From the NCBI GenBank assembly GCA_944392175.1, contig CALXVT010000006.1:1077-65076 (forward strand): a DNA stretch of 64,000 bases, in the 5' to 3' direction. Shown here in pieces: positions 1 through 8,214 of this stretch. The position numbers and the translations under genes are program-made. Position 1 is the stretch's first letter; each line of letters opens with the position of its first letter. Origin of the DNA: an uncultured Clostridia bacterium. Its GTDB lineage: Bacteria; Bacillota; Clostridia; TANB77; CAG-508. The notes below the pieces were generated by a model. It had not been told where the DNA came from, did not search any database, and saw only the letters and a list, made by a program, of their open reading frames with translations.

Positions 1-27
1 TTTAGATAAAATAGAAATTTAGTCTGC

Positions 28-65
28 AAATAGGGATTAAGGGACGGTCCTTAAAATCCCTATTT
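28..65. repeat. REP-like palindromic element, TAGGGAT-arm subfamily
   Basis: AAATAGGGATTAAGGGACGGTCCTTAAAATCCCTATTT. Imperfect palindrome with core AGGGACGGTCCTT, shared with 9 other copies in the window. Confidence 0.85.
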
Positions 66-125
66 TTAAAAATATTAAAATAACTAATAAATTTTATGAT
101 TAAAGCCAAACTATTAATCAGTAAA

Positions 126-168
126 CATAAAATTTGAACTTTAAGGACCGTCCCTAAAGTTCAAAAAT
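126..168. repeat. REP-like palindromic element, TTGAACTT-arm subfamily
   Basis: CATAAAATTTGAACTTTAAGGACCGTCCCTAAAGTTCAAAAAT. Identical to the copy at 5683-5725; same core in the opposite orientation. Confidence 0.85.
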
Positions 169-179
169 CGTAAAAAGCC

Positions 180-208
180 TTGCAAATTCTGATAATAACA
201 GATATAAT
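180..208 (+). promoter_or_regulatory. Sigma-A-type promoter of the tyrS leader
   Basis: TTGCAA (180-185), 17-nt spacer, TATAAT (203-208). The -35 lies in the 3' flank of the repeat copy at 126-168. Confidence 0.55.
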
Positions 209-214
209 ATTAAT

Positions 215-433
215 ACAACTAAATTTAATTGCGTTTTAAAAAGAGACCGAGTAGTAATTTATAGTAACTAATAGAGAAGCAATGTTTGGTGGAAATTGCT
301 AGAATATAAATTTACGAATTACATTTCTTATAGTAATTAACGTGTAGCTACGATAAGCTTGAATGAGGCAATTATTAAATTGTAAATAAAGGTGGTACCA
401 CGACACGTCGTCCTTTAAGGAGACGTGTTTTTT
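215..433 (+). promoter_or_regulatory. T-box riboswitch leader (tyrosine specifier expected)
   Basis: AGAGA motifs and a GGTGGAA distal-loop-like sequence in the stem I region. TAC triplets at about 313-324. T-box sequence AAATAAAGGTGGTACCACG at 385-402. It overlaps a terminator (CACGTCGTCC / GGAGACGTG, 404-427) plus a T-run at 428-433. Lies upstream of tyrS. Confidence 0.8.
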
Positions 434-520
434 GATTTTGTTAGATTTTATGCGAAATAAATAAAATATACTATCGGTTCATATATTACATAGAAACCAT
501 AATTTTTAGGAGGTGATGCT

Positions 521-604
521 ATGACCCAATGGTTTAGAATGAAAACAATAATCCACGGGTTCTTCTACGAAAATTCATATAATATAATCAAAAATTTTAA
601 ATAG
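521..604 (+). CDS. Possible 27-aa small ORF between the T-box terminator and tyrS (MTQWFRMKTIIHGFFYENSYNIIKNFK)
   Basis: AGGAGG at 508-513, 7 nt before the ATG. No homology recognised. Codon choice (ACC, CAC, GGG, TTC, TAC) is atypical for this genome. Confidence 0.2.
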   Translation: MTQWFRMKTIIHGFFYENSYNIIKNFK

Positions 605-622
605 AATGGAGAGAGTATTAAT

Positions 623-1783
623 ATGGATGATAAATTAGATTTGATAAAAAGAAAAGCAGTAGATATTTTTTCAGAAGAGGAATTAGAACAAAAATTAAAA
701 AGTGGAAGAAAACTAACAATAAAACTTGGAGCAGATCCATCAAGACCGGATTTGCATTTAGGACATACAGTTGTTTTAAGGGCATTAAAAACATTTCAAG
801 AAATGGGACATGAAGTAGTATTTGTTATAGGTGATTTTACAGGAATGATTGGTGATCCATCAGGGAAAAGTAAAACAAGACCAGCGCTAACATTTGAACA
901 AACTAGAAAAGCAGGAGAAACATATTTTAATCAAGTAACAAAGATATTGGATAAAGATAAAACAAGAATTGCATATAATTCAGAATGGCTTTCCAAAATG
1001 AATTTTAAAGATATTATTGAATTAACAAGCAAATATACAGTTGCTAGAATTTTAGAAAGAGATGATTTTAAAAATAGATATGAAAACAATTTACCACTAT
1101 CTATGCATGAACTTTTATATCCTTTAATGCAAGGATATGACTCTGTAGCATTAAATGCAGATATAGAAATTGGTGGAACAGATCAAACTTTTAACCTTTT
1201 AGTAGGAAGAGAACTTCAAAAAGATTATGGTCAAGAAAGACAAGTTGTTTTAACATTTCCATTACTAGTCGGCTTAGATGGAAAAGAAAAAATGAGTAAA
1301 TCATTGGATAATTATATTGGAATTGATGAAAGTCCAGAAGTAATGTATGAAAAAGCGATGAAAATTCCAGATGAAGTTTTAATGGAATATTTTAGATTAA
1401 CAACAGATATAGACATCAAGATTGCAGAAGAATGGATAAAGGAAGATGTAGTAAAAGCTCATAAAAAATATGCAGAAGAAATCATAAAAATGTACCATGG
1501 CGAAGATAAAATTGCTATTGCAGAAGAAAGATATAATCAAGTAGCAAAAGGTGGTATACCAGAAGATATAAAAGAATTTAATATTGAAAATAATGATAAA
1601 ATAAATATTTGTGATTTACTTGTAAAAGTTGGATTTGCATCCTCTAAAAGTGAAGCTAAAAGAATGGTTATAGGTAAAGGTGTAAAAGTGAATGGTGAAA
1701 CTATAGAAGATATAGGTTGTACCATAGAACCAAAAGAAAAAATATTACAATTTGGAAAAAATAAATTTATAAAGATAATTTAA
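623..1783 (+). CDS. tyrS: Tyrosine--tRNA ligase
   Basis: HLGH (DLHLGHTV) and KMSKS class I signatures. C-terminal S4-like domain. Preceded by a T-box leader. Confidence 0.93.
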   Translation: MDDKLDLIKRKAVDIFSEEELEQKLKSGRKLTIKLGADPSRPDLHLGHTVVLRALKTFQEMGHEVVFVIGDFTGMIGDPSGKSKTRPALTFEQTRKAGETYFNQVTKILDKDKTRIAYNSEWLSKMNFKDIIELTSKYTVARILERDDFKNRYENNLPLSMHELLYPLMQGYDSVALNADIEIGGTDQTFNLLVGRELQKDYGQERQVVLTFPLLVGLDGKEKMSKSLDNYIGIDESPEVMYEKAMKIPDEVLMEYFRLTTDIDIKIAEEWIKEDVVKAHKKYAEEIIKMYHGEDKIAIAEERYNQVAKGGIPEDIKEFNIENNDKINICDLLVKVGFASSKSEAKRMVIGKGVKVNGETIEDIGCTIEPKEKILQFGKNKFIKII

Positions 1784-1787
1784 AGTT

Positions 1788-1822
1788 AAAGATGTCCTTT
1801 AGAGTAAGGGACATCTTTTAAC
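1788..1822 (+). terminator. Rho-independent terminator after tyrS
   Basis: AAAGATGTCC ... GGACATCTTT stem followed by a T-rich tract. Confidence 0.6.
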
Positions 1823-1918
1823 TTTCGGATATTTAAAATAGTTGCTTTTAGAAGTTAATTACAATATAATAACATAGTAGAAAAAAGGAATATCTCAAAA
1901 TTCCGAAAGGAGATAAAA

Positions 1919-3301
1919 ATGAATTTTTTAGAATTAAGAGAAAAATATCCAGAATTTTCATATAACTGGTATAAAATAGAAGAAAATGAAAATGAATATA
2001 AAATAACTTATGAATTTGAGATAGTAGGACTTTCAAAGTTTAATCCAACATGGACAATTCCAAAAATGAATATTAGCTTAGAAGAGAAGCCAAATTTAAA
2101 ATTGCTAGAAAATATGGTATTTAATTTAGGAATGGTAGAACTTGTAAGTTATTGGAAAATAACTTGTTCACCACATGTAACTGTAAAAAATATATATCTA
2201 AATCAAAAACAAATAAATTGGTGGAAAAAATTATATTTCTATGGTCTAGGGGAATTCTTTTATAAAAACAATATAAAAACAAATATAGAAGAATTTATGA
2301 ATATAACTTCAGGAATAACCAAGTTACAAAAATTTAGCACTAATGCGATAAATGATATAAAACAAGAATTTACAGGTGCATTAGTTCCAATTGGTGGAGG
2401 TAAAGACTCCATTGTTACATTAGATGTAATTAAAGATGATTTTAAGGATAACATGTGTTATGTAATAAATCCAAGAGGAGCAACAGAGGAAACTGCAGAA
2501 GTTGCTGGTTATGGTGAAGATAAAAGATGCTATGTAAAAAGGACATTGGACAAAAATATGTTGGAACTAAATAAACAAGGATATTTAAATGGACATACAC
2601 CATTTTCATCAATTGTAGCTTTTTCAGCACTTATAGTTGCATATTTAAACAAGAAAAAATACATAGTATTATCAAATGAAGCAAGTGCAAATGAATCTAC
2701 AATATATCAAGAAGAAGTAAATCATCAATATTCAAAAAGTTATGAATTTGAACAAGATTTTAATGAATATGTAAAAGAAAATATTTTAGAAGGAATAGAA
2801 TATTTTAGTTTACTAAGACCAATTAGTGAATATCAAATAGCAAAACATTTTGCAAAATTACCTGATTTTTATAAAATATTTAAAAGTTGTAATGTTGGAA
2901 GCAAAGAAAATAAATGGTGTGCAAATTGCCCAAAATGTTTATTTGTATATATAATTTTGTCTCCATTTATGAAAAAAGAAGATATGATAAATATATTTGG
3001 AGAAGATTTATTAGAAAAAGAAAGTTTAAAAGAAACAATGGAAATGCTTTCTGGAATACAAAAAAATAAACCTTTTGAATGTGTTGGATCCAGAGATGAA
3101 GTTAATACAGCAATTTGTGAAACAATAAAAAAATATGAAAATAATGATGAAGAATTACCATTATTATATAAATATTATAAAACTACCAAAAAATTTGAGG
3201 AATATAAAAATAAAGAAAATACATATGATACATTTTATAATGCAGAGAATAATGTTCCTATGCATTACAAAGAAATGTTAAAGAAGAGTGAGATAATATG
3301 A
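1919..3301 (+). CDS. PP-loop ATPase-like protein, candidate UDP-MurNAc-L-Ala-L-Glu epimerase (MurL-like)
   Basis: GGGKDS PP-loop-like motif. C-terminal Cys cluster CNVGSKENKWCANCPKC. Good RBS (GGAGA). Stop overlaps the start of the downstream MurD-family ligase (ATGA). Confidence 0.5.
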   Translation: MNFLELREKYPEFSYNWYKIEENENEYKITYEFEIVGLSKFNPTWTIPKMNISLEEKPNLKLLENMVFNLGMVELVSYWKITCSPHVTVKNIYLNQKQINWWKKLYFYGLGEFFYKNNIKTNIEEFMNITSGITKLQKFSTNAINDIKQEFTGALVPIGGGKDSIVTLDVIKDDFKDNMCYVINPRGATEETAEVAGYGEDKRCYVKRTLDKNMLELNKQGYLNGHTPFSSIVAFSALIVAYLNKKKYIVLSNEASANESTIYQEEVNHQYSKSYEFEQDFNEYVKENILEGIEYFSLLRPISEYQIAKHFAKLPDFYKIFKSCNVGSKENKWCANCPKCLFVYIILSPFMKKEDMINIFGEDLLEKESLKETMEMLSGIQKNKPFECVGSRDEVNTAICETIKKYENNDEELPLLYKYYKTTKKFEEYKNKENTYDTFYNAENNVPMHYKEMLKKSEII

Positions 3302-4614
3302 AAAATACAATACTAGACAAATTTAAACAAGATTTAGAAAATAAAAAAATAGCAATTTGGGGACTTGGTAAAGAAGGAATATCTACTTTACAATTTATAC
3401 AAAACAATAATATAAAATGCAAAGAATTAGCTATTTTAGAGAAAAAAGAATTTCAAGAAATAGAAGGTGCTAAAAAATTAAATGAAGTTGAGGATTTAAA
3501 TAAATATGACTTAATATTTAAAAGCCCAGGAATAGTTGCAGATGCATCTATAGTAAACGCAAATAAACTAACTTCACAGACAGAAGAATTTATAAAAATT
3601 TTATCTAAACAAATAATTGGAATAACTGGAACTAAAGGAAAAAGTACAACATCAAGTCTTACCTATACTATTTTAAAAAGATATTATCCAAACACTGTCT
3701 TAGTAGGAAATATTGGAATTCCATGTTTTAATGCTATAAATGAAATAGATGAAAACACAAAAATTGTATTTGAGCTTAGTTGTCATCAACTAGAATTTAT
3801 AAGATATTCACCACATATTGCAGTAATATTAGATTTATATCCAGATCACTTAGATCATTACAAAACTTTTGAAAATTATATTAAAGCAAAACTTAATATA
3901 AACAAATTTCAAAAAGATGATGATATATTTATTTATGGAGAAACCTGCAAAAAATATATTCACAGCAATATAAAAAATAATATCTGCATAAATGATTATA
4001 TAAAAGATAGAACTATAACAACAGAAAATAATAGTGTTCAAATTTTAGAAGATGAAACAAACTTAGTAGGAGAGCATAATTTCTTCGACATTGCAGTATC
4101 ATACTATATTTGCAATGAGATATATAATTTATCAAATAAAGAATTTAAAACAGTTCTAAAGGAATTTAAAGGCTTAGCGCATAGGCTAGAATATGTAACT
4201 ACAAAAGATGGAGTAAAATATTATGATGATTCAATTTCTACAATAGGAGAAACTACAATAGAGGGAGTAAAAGCATTAAAAGATGTAAATACCTTAATAT
4301 TAGGAGGAATGGATAGAAAAATAGATTACTCTAGTTTAGAAGATTTTATTATAGAAGAGAAAGAATTAGAAAATATAATTTTAATGCCAGACACTGGGAC
4401 AAGAATATATCGCGAACTACAAGAAAAAGGGAATACAAAAAAATGCTTTTTAGTAAATAATTTAGAAGAGGCTGTAGATAAAGCAAAAGAAGTAACAAAA
4501 AAAGGAACAAGTTGTTTACTATCACCAGCAGCAGCAAGCTATGGATTTTTTAAAAACTTTGAAGAACGCGGAAACATGTTCCAGAACTTGGTTTTAAGCG
4601 AAAATGAACTTTAG
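3298..4614 (+). CDS. MurD-family UDP-N-acetylmuramoyl-L-alanine--glutamate ligase (MurD2-like by context)
   Basis: N-terminal Rossmann GLGKEG. Mur ligase P-loop GITGTKGKSTT. C-terminal SPAAASYGFFKNFEERG, typical of MurD. Lies outside any dcw context and is coupled to the PP-loop gene. Confidence 0.75.
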   Translation: MKNTILDKFKQDLENKKIAIWGLGKEGISTLQFIQNNNIKCKELAILEKKEFQEIEGAKKLNEVEDLNKYDLIFKSPGIVADASIVNANKLTSQTEEFIKILSKQIIGITGTKGKSTTSSLTYTILKRYYPNTVLVGNIGIPCFNAINEIDENTKIVFELSCHQLEFIRYSPHIAVILDLYPDHLDHYKTFENYIKAKLNINKFQKDDDIFIYGETCKKYIHSNIKNNICINDYIKDRTITTENNSVQILEDETNLVGEHNFFDIAVSYYICNEIYNLSNKEFKTVLKEFKGLAHRLEYVTTKDGVKYYDDSISTIGETTIEGVKALKDVNTLILGGMDRKIDYSSLEDFIIEEKELENIILMPDTGTRIYRELQEKGNTKKCFLVNNLEEAVDKAKEVTKKGTSCLLSPAAASYGFFKNFEERGNMFQNLVLSENEL

Positions 4615-4637
4615 GGACGGTCCTTAAAGTTCATTTT
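4601..4637. repeat. REP-like palindromic element, TTGAACTT-arm subfamily
   Basis: AAAATGAACTTTAGGGACGGTCCTTAAAGTTCATTTT. Contains the TAG stop (4612-4614) of the ligase gene. The T-run makes it a plausible terminator. Confidence 0.85.
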
Positions 4638-4854
4638 GTATACATAATGCATAAAAATGTTTATAGGCAATACCAAAACGTTAAAAAATATGTGGAATAA
4701 AGTATTTATTATTTAATAAGAAAAGTGGCTTTGCCACATGTACAGATTGCCTTGCAATTGCACAGGCATAGGTAACTTCGGCATTTTTGTATACTTAAAA
4801 AATTGGCGGTTTTCCTATACAAAAAATGTTCACAAAGAATTCACAAAAGCCAGA

Positions 4855-4900
4855 TTGACAAATGACACTGTGTCATATATAATATATGATACAGTGTCAT
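4855..4900 (+). promoter_or_regulatory. Promoter with two palindromic operators (TetR autoregulation candidate)
   Basis: TTGACA (4855-4860), 17 nt, TATAAT (4878-4883). Perfect palindrome ATGACACTGTGTCAT at 4862-4876 and near-copy ATGATACAGTGTCAT at 4886-4900. Confidence 0.65.
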
Positions 4901-5002
4901 TTTTGAAATAAAATTTGTAAAGCAAAATAAACAGAAAAGACACCAAATAAACTAATCAAAATTTTAGAATTATGAATATAATACAAATGAAAGGAGGAAA
5001 AA

Positions 5003-5611
5003 ATGCCAACCAATACATTCTTTAATTTGTCAGAGGAAAAGAAAAATAAGATTTTAAAAGCTGCAAATAAGGAATTTGCAAGAGTACCATTGGAACAAGC
5101 ATCAATAAAGAATATTGTTGAAGATGCTGAAATAGCAAGAGGAAGTTTTTATCAATATTTTGAAGACAAACAAGATTTATTTGAATATCTTATGACACTA
5201 AAAATTGGTAATATGCAAAAAAATTTATTCGATATGATAGAACGTGAAAATGGTAATATTATAAATATTTTTATTAATATATATGATCATTTAATACAAG
5301 TCGGCAAAGTGAGGAAAAATAACAAATTTTTTAGACAGATATTTGAAAATGTAAAAACAAGTGACAACTTAATGCTTATAAAAAAAGATGTAACAAAAAA
5401 CAAAATAGAACAAACATTATATGAATTGTACAGTAAAAACAAGGATATTTTAAATGTAAAAAACGAGGAAGAATTTAAATTAGTAATTGAAATGTTATTT
5501 GCAATTACTAGAAGAAGAATAGTTGCATCATTTAAATGTAATGATTTAGATGAAGCAAGAAAAGACTTTTTAAAGGAAATAGAATTTTTGAAAAATGGAA
5601 TTCAAAAATAA
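5003..5611 (+). CDS. TetR/AcrR family transcriptional regulator
   Basis: N-terminal HTH region (ASIKNIVEDAEIARGSFYQYFEDKQDLF) typical of TetR. About 200 aa. RBS AGGAGG. Confidence 0.85.
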   Translation: MPTNTFFNLSEEKKNKILKAANKEFARVPLEQASIKNIVEDAEIARGSFYQYFEDKQDLFEYLMTLKIGNMQKNLFDMIERENGNIINIFINIYDHLIQVGKVRKNNKFFRQIFENVKTSDNLMLIKKDVTKNKIEQTLYELYSKNKDILNVKNEEEFKLVIEMLFAITRRRIVASFKCNDLDEARKDFLKEIEFLKNGIQK

Positions 5612-5682
5612 ACATATTTAATAAATACTATTAATAATTAACTAAAAAATATATATTTTAGTTTAATTAAATTTATAGTATA

Positions 5683-5725
5683 CATAAAATTTGAACTTTA
5701 AGGACCGTCCCTAAAGTTCAAAAAT
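5683..5725. repeat. REP-like palindromic element, TTGAACTT-arm subfamily
   Basis: CATAAAATTTGAACTTTAAGGACCGTCCCTAAAGTTCAAAAAT. Identical to 126-168. Confidence 0.85.
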
Positions 5726-5748
5726 GTCGGAAAAGGAGAGAATAAGCA

Positions 5749-8214
5749 ATGTTAAAAGTATTAAAGAACTTAAAAGAATCTGCTATTTCTGTAATAGCCA
5801 TTGTTATACTTTTATGTGTTCAAGCTGCTACAGACTTAGCATTACCAACATATACTTCTAAAATTGTTAATATTGGTATTCAGCAAGGTGGTATAGAAAA
5901 TTCTGCACCAGAATACATAGCTAAAAATCAAATGGATAGTCTTTTAAAGTTCACAAATGATGACGAAAAAATACTTAATGACTATGAATTAATTTCTAAG
6001 GATAGCAAAAGTTATGACAAAGCTGTTAAAGATTATCCAGAAATCGCAAATCAAGAAGTATATAAATTAAAAGATATAAATGAAGAAGAACAAGACAGCT
6101 TAAATCAAGCTATAGCTAAACCTTTACTTGCACTTTCTTCATTGGAAGCTCCAGAAGAAGTTAGTAAAGATAATATGGATTTAATGTTAGAATTTACAGA
6201 AAATGATGATAATATATTAAATTCATATACATTATCAGAAGATGGAAATACATACAAGCTAAATGATATTAGCAATATAGAAAAAGGTAAATTAAATATT
6301 GATTTAATAAATGGACTACTTATAAATCGAATGGTATCAAATGAAGAAACTTCTAATAAAATAAAAGATTCTATGTTAGAAAATATTCCTGATGCACAAA
6401 AAGCAGTTATGGAAAATATGTCTTTAACTGAGATAATAAGTGCTATGCCAGAAGAACAAAAAGTAGAACTTATGAATACAATTGAATCAGAATTACCAAA
6501 TACAATTGATACTATGATTAATAATTTATCAGATTCTATGATAGAACAAGCAGCAATACAAGAAGTTAAATTACAATATCAATATTTAGGAGCAAATACT
6601 GATAATATTCAAAACAATTATATTTTTATTTCTGGATTGCAAATGTTAGGTATTGCCCTAATTACAATGATTTCAGCTGTAACAATAATGTTACTTTCAT
6701 CTAGAGTAGCTGCAAAATTAGGAAAAACATTAAGAGAAAAAGTATTCAAAAAAGTATTAAGCTTTTCTACAGAAGAATTTAATGGATTTTCTACAGCATC
6801 ATTAATTACACGTACAACAAATGATATACAACAAATACAAATGTTACTTACAATTTTATTTAGAGTAATTGTTTATGCTCCAATAATAGCAATAGGTGGA
6901 TTTATTAGAGTATTATTTAATAGTGATGCATCTATGGCTTGGATAATTGGTTTAGCAGTTGTTTGCATTATAATAATTGTTTTAACATTAATGATTGTAG
7001 CATTACCAAGATTTAAAATTTTACAAAAATTAGTAGATAAATTAAACCTAGTATCTCGTGAAATATTAACTGGAAGCCAAGTAATACGTGCATTTAATAC
7101 AGAAGAAAGAGAAGAGAATAGGTTTGATAAAGCTAATCTAGATTTGATGAAAACTCAAGTTTTTGTAAATAGAGCAATGACAATAATGATGCCGGCCCTA
7201 ATGTTTGTAATGAACTGTATAACAGTACTTATAGTTTGGGTTGGAGGACACAATGTAAATGATGGAATAATGCAAGTTGGAGATGTAATGGCATTTATTC
7301 AATATACAATGCAAATAGTAATGGCATTCTTAATGATTTCTATGGTATCTATAATGCTTCCAAGAGCTATTGTTTCTGCGGGTCGTATTAATGAAGTAAT
7401 AGATACAGAACCAAAAATTAAAGATAAAGATGAAACAAAACCATTTAAAGAAGACAAAAAAGGATATGTTGAATTTAAAGAGGTATCATTCCATTATCCA
7501 GATGCAGACACAGAAGTTGTATCTGATATAACATTTACTGCAAAACCTGGTGAAACTACAGCTTTAATTGGAAGTACTGGTAGTGGTAAATCTACAATAG
7601 TAAACTTAATTCCAAGATTTTATGATGTAACAGGTGGAGAATTACTTGTAGATGGAGTAAATATTAAAGATGCAAATCAAAAAGAATTAAGAAAAAGAAT
7701 TGGTTTCGTACCACAAAAAGGAGTATTATTCTCTGGAACAATAGAGTCTAACATAAAATATGGAGATGAAAATATTTCAGATGAAAAAATGGTAGAGGCT
7801 GCACAAATTGCACAAGCAGAAGAATTTATAGAAACTAAAAAAGATAAATACCAAGAACCAATAGCACAAGGTGGTGGAAACGTTTCTGGTGGACAAAAAC
7901 AACGTTTATCAATAGCAAGAGCTATTGCAATAGATCCAGAAATATTTGTATTTGATGATAGTTTTTCTGCATTAGACCTTAAAACTGATAAAATTTTAAG
8001 AGAAGAGCTTGCAAAACGTACAAAGGATAAGACTGTAATAATAGTTGCACAAAGAATTAGTACAATTATGAATGCAGATCAAATTATAGTATTAGATGAA
8101 GGTAAGATTGTAGGAAAAGGAACACATGAAGAATTAATGAAAACATGTGAAACTTATCAACAAATAGCTTTATCACAACTTTCAAAGGAGGAATTGGAAA
8201 ATGGCAGAGAATAA
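5749..8214 (+). CDS. ABC transporter permease/ATP-binding protein (type I exporter half) with a large extracytoplasmic insertion
   Basis: Walker A GSTGSGKST, signature VSGGQKQR, Walker B IFVFDD. TM1 is followed by about 260 hydrophilic residues before the remaining TM helices. Confidence 0.9.
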   Translation: MLKVLKNLKESAISVIAIVILLCVQAATDLALPTYTSKIVNIGIQQGGIENSAPEYIAKNQMDSLLKFTNDDEKILNDYELISKDSKSYDKAVKDYPEIANQEVYKLKDINEEEQDSLNQAIAKPLLALSSLEAPEEVSKDNMDLMLEFTENDDNILNSYTLSEDGNTYKLNDISNIEKGKLNIDLINGLLINRMVSNEETSNKIKDSMLENIPDAQKAVMENMSLTEIISAMPEEQKVELMNTIESELPNTIDTMINNLSDSMIEQAAIQEVKLQYQYLGANTDNIQNNYIFISGLQMLGIALITMISAVTIMLLSSRVAAKLGKTLREKVFKKVLSFSTEEFNGFSTASLITRTTNDIQQIQMLLTILFRVIVYAPIIAIGGFIRVLFNSDASMAWIIGLAVVCIIIIVLTLMIVALPRFKILQKLVDKLNLVSREILTGSQVIRAFNTEEREENRFDKANLDLMKTQVFVNRAMTIMMPALMFVMNCITVLIVWVGGHNVNDGIMQVGDVMAFIQYTMQIVMAFLMISMVSIMLPRAIVSAGRINEVIDTEPKIKDKDETKPFKEDKKGYVEFKEVSFHYPDADTEVVSDITFTAKPGETTALIGSTGSGKSTIVNLIPRFYDVTGGELLVDGVNIKDANQKELRKRIGFVPQKGVLFSGTIESNIKYGDENISDEKMVEAAQIAQAEEFIETKKDKYQEPIAQGGGNVSGGQKQRLSIARAIAIDPEIFVFDDSFSALDLKTDKILREELAKRTKDKTVIIVAQRISTIMNADQIIVLDEGKIVGKGTHEELMKTCETYQQIALSQLSKEELENGRE

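Noticed and set aside
3298-4614. Calling this gene the canonical cell-division-cluster murD.
   Set aside because: There are no mraY, ftsW or murG neighbours. It is instead translationally coupled to a PP-loop protein, so it is reported as MurD-family with a MurD2-like context. Substrate specificity cannot be read from the sequence by eye.
4648-4701. A 17-codon ORF (MHKNVYRQYQNVKKYVE) in the gap between the MurD-like gene and tetR.
   Set aside because: It has no RBS and no supporting features. Such ORFs are expected by chance in AT-rich DNA.
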